64,000 nt of DNA from an uncultured Bacteroidales bacterium (GTDB taxonomy: Bacteria > Bacteroidota > Bacteroidia > Bacteroidales > FEN-979), in assembly GCA_903875045.1 (NCBI GenBank), contig CAIQUS010000187.1:36678-100677 (forward strand), given 5' to 3'. This document shows, in pieces, positions 44,686 through 54,600 of this stretch (positions within the stretch are counted from its first letter, which is position 1; every line of letters begins with the position of its first letter). The position numbers and the translations under genes are program-made. The notes under the pieces were generated by a model. The model saw nothing but the letters and a program-made list of their open reading frames with translations, made no database searches and was not told the DNA's origin.

Positions 44686-45212
44686 CCATCACCCCAACGC
44701 AAATAAACGTCAATGGGTATAACAGGGGTTGTTTACACTGATTCGTGCTTAGCTGCTCAAATCATGTGAGTTCTTCGATCTGCTGGTATATTTATCAGGA
44801 TGGCGGGTTATAAGAAAAAATAATCGTAATACTTTTGACCCCGTCAACCCCGATAACCAGATAGTGGATCGTACCGTCCCACATTAATCTTTACCTGATA
44901 ATCCGCCCTGTTTGAGATAGAGTTGATGGTGGTGTCAAGGATGGACAGAAAGTTTAAATGAACTGATCCTACGCCGTGACATGCCTGTCATTCTGGCTGT
45001 AAACACAAAACTGGTTGATCAGATTATCGAAAGTTGCAATTGCAGGAGCCTTTAACCATTGAAGCAAAAAGCACAACCTCCGGTGAAGCTTTTCAGGAAA
45101 TCCTCCAATCCACCAAATTACTGTAAAATCAAATGATTTCACCCAGCTTTTTTAAAACACCCGGTGGGGAAAGGTTGAATTTATGATCATGGGTTTCCCT
45201 CGCAGCGTGCGC

Positions 45213-46826
45213 TTAAGGTTCAATAATTATTTTCTGTATTGCTTTTTCAGAGGGTGTTTCAAGGGTAATGAAATAGGCACCTTCTGATAGATTCATGATG
45301 TTTTGTGTCAGTGAGTTTTTACCCGGTTCCAGGTTTTTCAGTACAGATCTTTTCAATACTCTTCCGTTCGCATCACCAATGGTTAGCGTAACTTCTGAAT
45401 TATTCTCCAGATTAAAATTAAACTCGAATTTTTGATTTTCAATATCCGGGTATACCTGAAGATGCAGCGTGCCGATACTTTGTGGGTTCAGTTTATGAAT
45501 TCCTAACTTAGAATTCTTTACGAGGTTAATTTTAAAAATCTGGCTGCCTGCACTACTCTGAGAACCGTCATTCATCCAGAAAATATTGGCAGCCGAACTA
45601 TGAATGCCTCCAAAGATATAGCCAACCAGGGTCGTATCTGAAGTAAAGTCATCTAACTTCAATACTGCATTGTTGTATTCAGGCAGATTTGAAGCTGGAA
45701 TAAATTCTGAACTTGCACCTAAAAAAGCAGGCATCTCAACAGGTAATTTATATTCAGCCATGACTCCGCTTCCGTTTCTGGTTACCCTGGCTATGGTTTT
45801 CACAAATGGAACATTGTTATTCTGGACCAGGATGCCGGCGCTGTCATAGTATTGGGCAATACCGCCAAAAAAAACATTGTGCATTTCATTCGCACTGGCG
45901 CTATACAATGGAATATGTGCACAATGGTAATGATTATAGAATTGCGAAAAAGCATTGTTCGGCGAATACCCGGTACTGTCGATATTTACACAATTCGTGT
46001 ATGGCAAATCTGCCGCAACCTGAAATACGCCGGAAAAAGCAGTCAAACCCTCCTGACCATTGGGCATAATTTGTGAAACTACATTATAATCACGCCGATG
46101 CAGATTGATTGAATCTACTATTGGGACCAGATGTGTCACCGATAAATTTGTTCCATCATCAGCAATATTAAACCTCCTGATCGAATTTGTATATTCCTGC
46201 ACATAGGATGGATGGCCCATAGGGTTATACCTGCCGTCAAACCGTTGACCACCCGTGAGGTAGTATGTATTGTATATTTTGTTCAGATAGCCACCGGTTA
46301 CGGCAAAAAGTTCATCTGTTATCTGTCGGAAATAGGAGTTGAACGAAGTCCCGCTGATGATGGCGTTGATTACATCTGGTATTTTTACGACAGTTAAATA
46401 AGGATAGGTAATATGGTCATCTGCAGTAATACTATACCCGTATCCTCCAATGATATACAGATCATCCCCGGCCTGGTGAAATTCCATGTTGGTCGAGCTT
46501 AATTGTTCCTGAATTCCGGCAGGCAGCGTCGATAACGGAGCAGACCAAATTTGCTGCCTTTCAGGATCAATCACTAAAAGTCGTGTATTTTGTCCTGCTG
46601 AATCAAACGTGGCCCAGGGCTGACGTCGATGCAAGCCGTCTATTCGTCCTCCAATGAGAAGCCATTTGTCATGATACTGTCCAAAACCGAATGCTTGCAG
46701 ACCAGTCAGGCCACTAATATTCATAGGCTCTATCGCAATTTGAAACGGAGCAGTCTGAGCGCTCATCATCATGGAACAGACGAGTACTAAAAAGAAAATA
46801 ATGCTGATTTTCGTTCTTTTCATCAT
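45213..46826 (-). CDS. Secreted beta-propeller-like (Kelch/galactose-oxidase-like) protein with T9SS C-terminal sorting domain
   Basis: The signal peptide is MMKRTKISIIFFLVLVCSMMMSAQ. It has repeated 'GG' blade-like segments (LLIGGRIDG, YIIGGYGY, YLTGGQRFDG, VFFGGIAQYY, YIFGGIHS). The C-terminus 'LQVYPDIENQKF...GAYFITLETPSEKAIQKIIIEP' is CTD-like. Confidence 0.7.
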   Translation of the reverse strand: MMKRTKISIIFFLVLVCSMMMSAQTAPFQIAIEPMNISGLTGLQAFGFGQYHDKWLLIGGRIDGLHRRQPWATFDSAGQNTRLLVIDPERQQIWSAPLSTLPAGIQEQLSSTNMEFHQAGDDLYIIGGYGYSITADDHITYPYLTVVKIPDVINAIISGTSFNSYFRQITDELFAVTGGYLNKIYNTYYLTGGQRFDGRYNPMGHPSYVQEYTNSIRRFNIADDGTNLSVTHLVPIVDSINLHRRDYNVVSQIMPNGQEGLTAFSGVFQVAADLPYTNCVNIDSTGYSPNNAFSQFYNHYHCAHIPLYSASANEMHNVFFGGIAQYYDSAGILVQNNNVPFVKTIARVTRNGSGVMAEYKLPVEMPAFLGASSEFIPASNLPEYNNAVLKLDDFTSDTTLVGYIFGGIHSSAANIFWMNDGSQSSAGSQIFKINLVKNSKLGIHKLNPQSIGTLHLQVYPDIENQKFEFNFNLENNSEVTLTIGDANGRVLKRSVLKNLEPGKNSLTQNIMNLSEGAYFITLETPSEKAIQKIIIEP

Positions 46827-47226
46827 GTAAAGTGGATACAGTTAATGTTACCTGGGCATTTTGAGTGGTGTTGGTGACAAATTTATAAAATCCCGGCAGG
46901 AACCTATGATTCAATAACGTTTATCTTCGGCATCTCAGAACAAAAAAACAAATCCTACATGTTTGTGAACCCGCCGGAGCTGGATATGTTCTTGCCAGTT
47001 TCCATAGCGTTTTTTGTTGTAATTACAGCCATCCAATTGATAGCCCACAAGGTGCCGAGGTTTATTAAACAAATAAAAAATCATACATCTTTGTATTTGC
47101 CATAGGGGATGTGGCTGCCCTCGAAGGGTCTGAATGGATCGCAAAACAAGGGCAATTTGGTTTGGAGGCAATCCGGCGTTGCAAGTAAAAGTCAATTAAT
47201 TGATATCCTCAAGCAGCACATTTGAT

Positions 47227-48093
47227 TTACTGCCGGGGTGCAATAGTAAACTTGTGCGATATTTTAAATGGAGTATTCTGGGGTTGATGACCCTCTCCAT
47301 TTTGAGCATGAGCGCTGCCTGATCCACTTCCACCACCTCCATCTCCACCATGTTTGCCACCCATACCGCCGGAACCTCCACCACCGCCCTTACCCCCTGA
47401 ATGCTTACCACTGCCCTTGCCGCCTTGTTTATTTGGCACGCCTGGATCGCCATCTTTCCCTTTACTATTGATCACGAATTCAAATGTGGCGAACTTTGCC
47501 GTTCGCAGATCCTCTATGAAGTCAGCCATGGGGATTGCCATTTCAAGAGACAGGGCTCCTGTATGGTCATAGGCAATGGCTGTTTCAATACCCTTTGGTA
47601 GTGAATCATGACGGAATAATCCGTTTATATCTTCATTGAAACCATTCATTTTAAGTGAAGCAGTGAAGGTGCGTGGTTGTTGCTTTCCTTTTACAATAAT
47701 TTGCCCATTGGATTCAACGGCCTGATATGGAAAATATATCTGACAGGATTTTTTTTTCTTTCCAGTGATTGTAATATTGATGACCAAACCATTATGCAAT
47801 ACGTTCAACTGTGTCGACTGCTCTACCAATTGGACACAAAAATACAATCTCACAGAATCATTAGCGATTGCATATATGACATTCGCCTCTGAACTGTTAT
47901 AAAACGTACCTGATGGCCAGTCGGTCAACCGGCCATCTATCCTGATATCCCTATTATAATAAAAAGGGTATTTACTCCCTTCGGTATTTAAACTTAGATT
48001 GTTCCTGCTGAATGCAGTAAAATATGTGAATGATAGCGCAATCGTTATTGATAGCAAAAGGGCAGGACGAGCAGACACGGTTATTTTTTTCAT
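47227..48093 (-). CDS. Exported protein with a Gly/Lys/His-rich low-complexity tail
   Basis: It has a signal peptide and a beta-rich domain of about 200 aa ('IDGRLTDWP'). The tail is 'GGKGSGKHSGGKGGGGGSGGMGGKHGGDGGGGSGSGS'. Confidence 0.65.
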   Translation of the reverse strand: MKKITVSARPALLLSITIALSFTYFTAFSRNNLSLNTEGSKYPFYYNRDIRIDGRLTDWPSGTFYNSSEANVIYAIANDSVRLYFCVQLVEQSTQLNVLHNGLVINITITGKKKKSCQIYFPYQAVESNGQIIVKGKQQPRTFTASLKMNGFNEDINGLFRHDSLPKGIETAIAYDHTGALSLEMAIPMADFIEDLRTAKFATFEFVINSKGKDGDPGVPNKQGGKGSGKHSGGKGGGGGSGGMGGKHGGDGGGGSGSGSAHAQNGEGHQPQNTPFKISHKFTIAPRQ

Positions 48094-48290
48094 GGAACAA
48101 AATTAGATATCCTGTCATATATGGATATTATGATATTTTAATAAAGATGTTCAAGATTTTAACAAAAATGTGATTCAACGAAAAACGACTTCTCCGTCAT
48201 CTGAAAGCTGGAAGACTCTTTGCCACTAACACATTAAAATCTTATACAAGTAAACTAAAATATCATAATAGTTATATGTATACATGTATA

Positions 48291-48298
48291 TACTTTTG
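48291..48298 (+). promoter_or_regulatory. Candidate -7 promoter box (TAnnTTTG)
   Basis: TACTTTTG lies 46 nt upstream of the ATG at 48344. It is preceded by the AT-rich palindromes ATGTATACAT and GTATATAC. Confidence 0.35.
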
Positions 48299-48343
48299 TT
48301 CTCGAAGAATGCATTCTCACTAACCCTTCTAAAACTATCTATC

Positions 48344-49087
48344 ATGAAAGCAAGAAAAAATTTAGCCATCGGAATGTTCCTGGTTATGGGCGTATCATAT
48401 ATGGTACTGTCCCTGAACGGATGCTCAAAAGAAACCACTGCTGTACCAACATCAGCAGACTCCCAGTATAAGGAAGACATCCTTAACTACACGCTTGCCG
48501 ACACCTCTATTACAGGTTGTTTATCTTGTGTTGATTCATTGCCGTTTGAATCATTAAACACTTCTGAAGCTGAAGCCCTTGTTTTTATGAGGGAAGAGGA
48601 ACTTCTTGCACATGATGTTTATCTTACACTCAGCCAACTTTACACCAAACCGATCTTCAGAAACATCACCCGAAGCGAGCAGCGACATACAGATGCAATC
48701 AAGGCGCTGCTAACCAAATACTCGTTGGTTGATCCTGCAGCGAACCATGTAACGGGCACTTTCACGAACCAGGATCTTCAAACTTTATACAATTCACTGG
48801 TAACCCTTGGTTATAGTTCCTTACTTAATGGGCTTATAGTAGGCGCCACGATCGAAGATCTGGATATAAAAGATCTGAGGGATCATTTGCTGACCATTGA
48901 CAACCAGGATATCACATGCGTTTTCAACAACCTCATGCGCGGCTCACGCAATCATCTGCGTTCATTTTATGCCAATATTAAATTCACAGGTGGCACCTAT
49001 ACTCCGCAATACCTGACACAGGAAGATTTTGACGCGATCGTGAATTCGAAACATGAAACCGGCACAGGAAATTGCCACTGTAACTAA
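48344..49087 (+). CDS. DUF2202 (ferritin-like superfamily) lipoprotein
   Basis: The ATG at 48344 gives MKARKNLAIGMFLVMGVSYMVLSLNGC, a lipobox. 'MREEELLAHDVYLTLSQLY...FRNITRSEQRHTDAIKALLTKY' is the characteristic DUF2202 pattern. Confidence 0.8.
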   Translation: MKARKNLAIGMFLVMGVSYMVLSLNGCSKETTAVPTSADSQYKEDILNYTLADTSITGCLSCVDSLPFESLNTSEAEALVFMREEELLAHDVYLTLSQLYTKPIFRNITRSEQRHTDAIKALLTKYSLVDPAANHVTGTFTNQDLQTLYNSLVTLGYSSLLNGLIVGATIEDLDIKDLRDHLLTIDNQDITCVFNNLMRGSRNHLRSFYANIKFTGGTYTPQYLTQEDFDAIVNSKHETGTGNCHCN

Positions 49088-49110
49088 CTCGTAATACCAG
49101 GAATGCTTTT

Positions 49111-49147
49111 GTGCCGGGGAGCAATGTGCTCTCCGGCACATTTTTTT
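49111..49147 (+). terminator. Rho-independent terminator
   Basis: gtgccggggagc-aatg-tgctctccggcac forms a 12-bp stem with one mismatch, followed by TTTTTTT. It lies 24 nt after the stop at 49085-49087. Confidence 0.75.
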
Positions 49148-49153
49148 CAACTT

Positions 49154-49390
49154 TTAACAAGCGCAGGGACGGTTGACCATGAAATAACCGAAAAATCCAC
49201 CGAATGCAATACTGGCATACGGATTACTCGTAATGGCGCAGGTTCCAGAAGCACATCCGACAAAATAATAATATAAAAAACCTCCAATCCCACCTATTAC
49301 GGTGAAAAATACCGGCTTCCAGAATGTCCAGGTCTTAAGTCTTTCCCTGATTGGCAATGGCTCTGTGTTGGTCTTGCATGTTTCTGACAT
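49154..49390 (-). CDS. Small two-TM membrane protein with Cys motifs
   Basis: 78 aa. It has 'FVGCASGTCAI' and a C-terminal 'RPCAC'. The two hydrophobic helices are Gly-rich. Confidence 0.6.
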   Translation of the reverse strand: MSETCKTNTEPLPIRERLKTWTFWKPVFFTVIGGIGGFLYYYFVGCASGTCAITSNPYASIAFGGFFGYFMVNRPCAC

Positions 49391-49648
49391 GATAATTTGC
49401 TTTTAAAACAATCTGTTAACTACTTGTTTGATTCGGTGTTTGAATGATCTATATTTCAAAAACCGATTTCATTTGCAAAGTAACGAATAAAATTTGAATT
49501 GGTGATGTTTATGCGCTTTATTTTGGCACAATGTTTGACATATACAGAACATGACATGTAAAAACTTAAACTTATACTACAAACAAATTTAACACACATT
49601 CTGACTGCTTCAGGTCATCAGCAACTTATTGAAGAGAATGAAAACGTA

Positions 49649-49921
49649 ATGATCTGCTGTGGAAGGATGGGTCCTAGGTGCATCCCGATATATGGCATCA
49701 TGGAAGACCTGGAACCGGATTACCCCCATGTTAAATACGCCGATATGGAATTTGACAACCCGGAATCACATCCGATTCGAAATGCACCCGAGTGCAAAGG
49801 TTTTATGGGAATTCCATTTACACTCTATTACAAGAATGGAAAACTCGTAAAAGCAACTTCCAGCATCCAGTCGATGCCGCAGGTAAAATCAATCCTCGAT
49901 GCACAATTCGATAAAAAATAG
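49649..49921 (+). CDS. Thioredoxin-fold protein with an atypical active-site spacing; possibly N-terminally truncated or using a non-ATG start
   Basis: '..VMICCGRMGPRCIP...MGIPFTLYYKNGKLV' is thioredoxin-like (cis-Pro 'IP', then beta-strands). It has C-x6-C instead of WCGPC. The frame is open back to 49562 but has no ATG there. Confidence 0.5.
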   Translation: MICCGRMGPRCIPIYGIMEDLEPDYPHVKYADMEFDNPESHPIRNAPECKGFMGIPFTLYYKNGKLVKATSSIQSMPQVKSILDAQFDKK

Positions 49922-50031
49922 CAATAAAAATCAGAGACGCCAGATCCTCTGCAGGCAAGGAGAAAGTTTTTCATGGGTTTAGTGATTGACTCTTTACTGC
50001 GGGGATCTGATGCGGCCTCTTAAAAGAAAAC

Positions 50032-50482
50032 ATGATGCCAGAGATATTCGATATCATTATTATTGGTGGAGGTCCTGCCGGCATTTATGCTTCCCTCGCC
50101 CGCATGAAGACGTTTATTTAGAATGAGGGAACAGTCGGGGTCAGCTCGTGTTAACCCACGAGATTGCAAATTACCCGGGAGTTGAGTCAACCAGCGGCTT
50201 TCAGCTGGGCAACATCATGAAAAAGCAGGTCCTGACCTTTGGCTGTAAAATCAGGTCAAATATTCAGGTCACTGCTTTTGAATATTCCGCAAATCCGAAG
50301 ATGGTTGAGATCAACGGCAACGAACAATTCTTTGGCAGGACTGTCATTCTGTCACCGGGAGGAGCGCCAAGGGTGATTCATGTACCAGGAGAGGCTGAAT
50401 TCAAAGGTCGCGGTGTACCACTGCTGTTGCAGACGGCACGATTGCAGCCTTGAGTGCCATTGAGTATTTACGGACAAATTAA
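50032..50482 (+). pseudogene. trxB: Thioredoxin-disulfide reductase (trxB) remnant with frameshifts and a large internal deletion
   Basis: Frame a reads MMPEIFDIIIIGGGPAGIYASLARMKTFI*, a FAD GxGxxG motif. Frame b reads GQLVLTHEIANYPGVESTSGFQL...ILSPGGAPRVIHVPGEAEFKGRGV. Frame c then reads TTAVADGTIAALSAIEYLRTN*, the C-terminal TrxB motif. The CATC redox centre and the NADPH domain are missing. The remnant spans about 450 nt, against about 930 nt for an intact gene. Confidence 0.8.
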
Positions 50483-50619
50483 TCGTTTGCATGTATCTGA
50501 TCGTATGAGGATGTTTCAAATTAAAAGAGTTGCAACAATGATTTTTTTTCTCGCGCTTGCAGCATTGTATTTTTATAGTTTAATTTCTTAACCTGAAACT
50601 TGAGCCTTATGAAAAAAAC

Positions 50620-50811
50620 ATGGGAACCATCTACATCGCAATCAGGTTGGTGATTGCAGCCATAGTAATCATCCTGTATCTCACACATGTAATTTCAGGA
50701 ACCATTGCAATTATTTTACTGATCTCTGCAGGAATTTTCATCCTGACGGGCTTATTGAGTTTCTGCCCTCTATATCTGCCTTTTGGGATTAGCACCCGGG
50801 GTAAGAAATAA
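50620..50811 (+). CDS. DUF2892 (YgaP-like) small membrane protein
   Basis: 63 aa with two TM helices. It has the 'LLSFCPLYLPFGISTR' motif typical of the family. Confidence 0.65.
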   Translation: MGTIYIAIRLVIAAIVIILYLTHVISGTIAIILLISAGIFILTGLLSFCPLYLPFGISTRGKK

Positions 50812-51263
50812 AAGCAAAATTTTTTCGGTTTTTACGATTTAACCTTATGCGAAGGAATGACCTCCGCCTTTTGTCGCTTTACACTTATCATTCCCGGGAA
50901 ATTTTTTATGAAAATATGACTTACACTTTATAACCTGCTCTTCATAAGCTTGCTGGCCTCTACCCAGCTACCGGCACCAATGGACACATTTGATATCACC
51001 ACTCACGCCATGCAGTTCCCGTATCCTTATAAAAAGTGGGGTTTTCAGGTGTCTGCCGGACTCTCGATGGTCAAACCTCCGGAAGATCTGCAGGAAAGTG
51101 CCACTCAGGCACCATTGGCTAAGATGACAGAATTGAAATTTAGGGGATTAATGCGTTCGAGTCACGCTTCATTACAGGCCATTGGTAAAGGGTATCCGGG
51201 TGGCAAATCAGGTGGCACATGAAATAAAAAAAGGTTCCAGAAACTCTGAAACCCTTGATTTTA

Positions 51264-51341
51264 CTGGTCGGGGTAGCAAGATTCGAACTTGCGACCTCCT
51301 GCTCCCAAAGCAGGCGCGATAACCGTGCTACGCTATACCCC
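51264..51341 (-). tRNA. tRNA-Pro (anticodon TGG), CCA encoded
   Basis: The reverse complement is CGGGGTATAGCGTAGCACGGTTATCGCGCCTGCTTTGGGAGCAGGAGGTCGCAAGTTCGAATCTTGCTACCCCGACCA. It has a 7-bp acceptor stem, an anticodon stem CCTGC/GCAGG with loop TTTGGGA, and a T-arm GCAAG-TTCGAAT-CTTGC. Confidence 0.92.
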
Positions 51342-51480
51342 GAAATAAATTGATAATTGAAAATTAACAATTGAGAACGACAACTTCTTTTTCCTATCCT
51401 TTCAAAATCCCTGCAAATGTAAGTATTTATAAGGAATTTAGTGATTTTTATTTTTTATTATTAAACACTGCTTTCTTTTG

Positions 51481-51567
51481 CGGAGAAGGGGGGATTCGAA
51501 CCCCCGGTACAGTTTCCCGTACGACAGTTTAGCAAACTGTTGGTTTCAGCCACTCACCCACCTCTCC
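51481..51567 (-). tRNA. tRNA-Ser (anticodon GCT), class II with long variable arm
   Basis: The reverse complement is GGAGAGGTGGGTGAGTGGCTGAAACCAACAGTTTGCTAAACTGTCGTACGGGAAACTGTACCGGGGGTTCGAATCCCCCCTTCTCCG. It has an anticodon stem ACAGT/ACTGT with loop TTGCTAA and a T-arm GGGGG-TTCGAAT-CCCCC. Confidence 0.9.
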
Positions 51568-51623
51568 AATACTGTTTATCCGTTTTTAAGGGCTGCAAAG
51601 ATAGGAAATCATTTTATACTTAC

Positions 51624-51661
51624 AAAAAAAAACGCAGAACCCCTTTCCCGGGGGTTCTGCG
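51624..51661 (-). terminator. Rho-independent terminator of the 51699-58379 gene
   Basis: The minus strand reads CGCAGAACCCC-(7 nt)-GGGGTTCTGCG, an 11-bp perfect stem, followed by T9. It lies 38 nt after the stop. Confidence 0.85.
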
Positions 51662-51698
51662 CCTGACATGCAATTATATATCAAATAGTTAACTCATT

Positions 51699-54600
51699 TC
51701 ACCTCGTCACAATCAACTTGAACGATTCAATCAGGTTACCGGAAATCACTTTAACGAAATAGAGTCCGGGAGTTAACGGGGGAAGTGTGACCTTGTGATC
51801 GCGCGCGCCTCCGTAGGTGGTTGAATAAATCATGTTACCGCGTAAATCGAACATTTCAACCCGGACATTCCCGGATCGCATGTCGCCTTTGTTTAACAGT
51901 GTGAATACGCCGGTGGTCGGGTTCGGGTAAAGTGAGAACGTTAGCGATGCAGGCAGTGCCTCTGCCGGTATTGCCTCATCCTGACCTGCCACCATAGCCG
52001 GCATTGTGGGCAGTATGATACCGCAGTAGCCATTGGTCGTGGTGATATATCCATGCAAATACCCTCCCGCTTCAACCGTTGCTCCCGGAAGGTATGAGAT
52101 CCTCTCGCCGGCAATCATAACCGCACTTGCCCCTGTTCTGACTATAAAAGTGCTGCCCCCGCCTGCCACCGTGATGGTGTTGGTGGCATCAAAGCAAAGA
52201 GACAGTGGTCCGGTCATGCCTCCGGTAACAGTTTGGTTGACTGGCACCATGATCATCGTGATCGTGTTGGATGTGGCAGGATTCCCGGTGATGCAAGGAT
52301 AGTTGGATGTCATCTCACATGTAACATGGTCATTGTCATCGGGTATGTAGTTATATGCAGGCCCTGTTCCAACGTTGCTCCCGTTCACCTTCCACTGGTA
52401 AGTGGGGAATGGCCCTCCATTCACCGGTGTTGCAGTGAAATTCACAATGTCTCCCGGAGGCGAAGGGTTGGCCGATGCCGACACCGTGACACTTACCGGA
52501 AGTAAAGGATTTACTGTTAGAAGAACACTGCTGACTTTAGTGGTACCAAGGGCATCTGTTACTGTCACAGAATAGTTGGTAGTTGTTAACGGACTGGCAA
52601 GCGGATCAATGATGCTTGTATTTGACAATCCTGCTGCAGGACTCCATGCATAGCTATATGGAGCAACACCTCCGGCAGGAACTGCATTTAACTGCGATGT
52701 ACTCCCGGCGCAAATAGTCCCGGGGGTAGCCGTTGGCGTCGAAAGCAGCGTTGGAACCCAGTCAACGATGTTGTACGGATCATACTCGAATGCCGTACCG
52801 GCGTATGCTCCTGTATAATCAACAAAATAGACATGGCCGGCACCCACCGCCTTGTAAACATTGAATGTTCCACCCCACGTGTTGGTTGGGAAGTTTGCAT
52901 TTCTGACAACAAACACCTGGCTGTTGTTAACAACCATCATGGCAGCAAAACCAGTAATTCCATCCTGGAAAGTACAGCTCTTAAACGCATGTGCCGGATC
53001 TACTGATGACCCGAGCTGGAGAAACAAACCATTGGCTGACGTGTTTTTAATCAATGCATAATCAGCCGCAATGGTGCCGCCCGACAGTACGTTAAAATCA
53101 TAGTATGCAGTTGGAACATTTGCTCTGACAGTAACCTGGTTTGCGGCCGTACCATTCAACTCAAGGCGCCCGCCAGAATTAATACTCAATGTTCTGGTGT
53201 CAGTGAGTATGAGCGATGATGCGGGTGATAAAGACAAATAACCTGCATTATTCACATTGATATTGCCGGTTACCAACAGGCTGTTTCCATTCAGAAAGTA
53301 GTAACCCTGATTGACTGTGAAGTTGCCACTGTTCTGACAGGTTGCGTAACCGATCTGATTTACAGAATATCCGATTCCCTTGTTTACAAGAATATTGCGA
53401 AAATATCCGGTTACACCGGAATATGTCAGGTTGGAGTGCTCAGAACCTACAAATTCAACAGTATTTGCAACCGCGGAGGTGTGAAATGCACCTGTAGAAG
53501 CAACCGTGAAATCACTGTACACTGCATGAGACAACCCGGAGACGAAATCTTCCCAGATACCATTCGAGATCAGAATGTCGGCGGTACATGTAATATTGTC
53601 AGAAGGTCTGAATTTCCCTGCAGTCTTATTAATAGTCAGGTTGCGAAATTCTTCAGCAGTAGCAGAAGTTGTAAGCATCTGATCGAGATTGCCGTTGAAA
53701 ATTACCGTTGAATTATTTCCCGGATAAAAGCCAAAGTTTGAGGCATAACCCGTGTTGGCATTTGTCCAGTTTTTCCCTACACTGACCTGGGGTCCATAAC
53801 TATCAGCAACATTCAACCCTGCATTCAGGTCGATTGTCAGATTGCCGGATACAGTGAGATTCGCGGGTGACCTGAATTTCATTGTTCCATCGATCAGATG
53901 AAGGTCATTTGTAACTGAAACACTGTTCCAAACCTCCAATGCATCGAATGAAGCATAAGTTTTATTGAGGCTAAGGTTATAGAATGTTTCAGAAGACAGA
54001 ACATCGGCGGCCAGCGGTCCGTCAAATTCGACGGTTCCGGTGCCTTCCGTAAATCCGGATGTGCCCACAAGATTGTTCCAGTTCCGCCCGACTTTGATCG
54101 AAGCCGGGGCAATAAGGGTTCCTGCCTGAATAACTAAATCTCCTGTTAAAACCAGGTTTGAACTTGAAGTTACAACACTTGACGCAACAATGTCAGTCAG
54201 ATCTCCTTCCCTGTTGTAGAAAACCTCCTCAGAACCAGCCTGGGAAATATCTAAAACAGCTGGCTTGTTGATTACAAGATTTGCAAATGTACTCCCCAAT
54301 CCCTGGCTTATAAATGCTTCTGCAGTACCATACATTTCAAAAGTACCTCCTGCAGGGTTGAAATCAGTTCTCGTACCGGCCAGTCGGCCATCTGTTCTGA
54401 TAATACCACCCGTAATTGATTCAGTGAGGGTTGCAGCAGTGTTATAGATATAAATCCCATTGTTCTTAAAATCAAGAATTCCATTTGACATTTCAATTAG
54501 CGCATTATCCATATAAGGCCAGTAACTCGCCCCTGCTCCACCGGTAACTGTCATTGTCCCGCCATAAATATGAAGCTCACCATGCAAGTCCGTGAATTGA

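Noticed and set aside
44730-44770. The segment 'gtgcttagctgctcaaatcatgtga' briefly suggested a tmRNA tag ending (..LAA*).
   Set aside because: The stretch has no tRNA-like acceptor or T-arm, no GGGGCTGA 5' end, and no in-frame ..YALAA-TAA. I treat it as coincidental.
46935-47195. This is an 86-aa minus-strand ORF in the spacer between 45213-46826 and 47227-48093.
   Set aside because: Its composition is unusual, I recognise no motif, and it is more likely promoter or leader sequence for the downstream T9SS gene.
47196-47601. These are overlapping ORFs at 47196-47453 (-), 47268-47471 (+), 47354-47572 (+) and 47401-47601 (+).
   Set aside because: They are alternative-frame and antisense readings of the GGN-rich tail region of the 47227-48093 gene, for example 'PPIPPEPPPPPLPP'.
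50148-50453. The 101-aa ORF could be read as an intact gene.
   Set aside because: It is the middle fragment of a thioredoxin reductase. The N-terminal and C-terminal pieces lie in other frames on either side, so I report it as part of the trxB pseudogene.
50950-51222. This is a 90-aa ORF (MLASTQLPAPMDTFDITTHAMQFPYPYKKWGFQVSAGLSMV...) just upstream of the tRNA-Pro gene.
   Set aside because: It has a non-ATG start and no signal or recognisable domain, and it sits in a decaying region. At most it is a gene fragment, and the evidence is too weak to report it as a feature.
50812-51700. I looked for an integrated mobile element or genomic-island junction at the tRNA-Pro and tRNA-Ser genes.
   Set aside because: The window contains no integrase, transposase or recombinase ORF, and I saw no direct repeat of a tRNA 3' end. 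The adjacent decay (trxB pseudogene) is suggestive but not sufficient.
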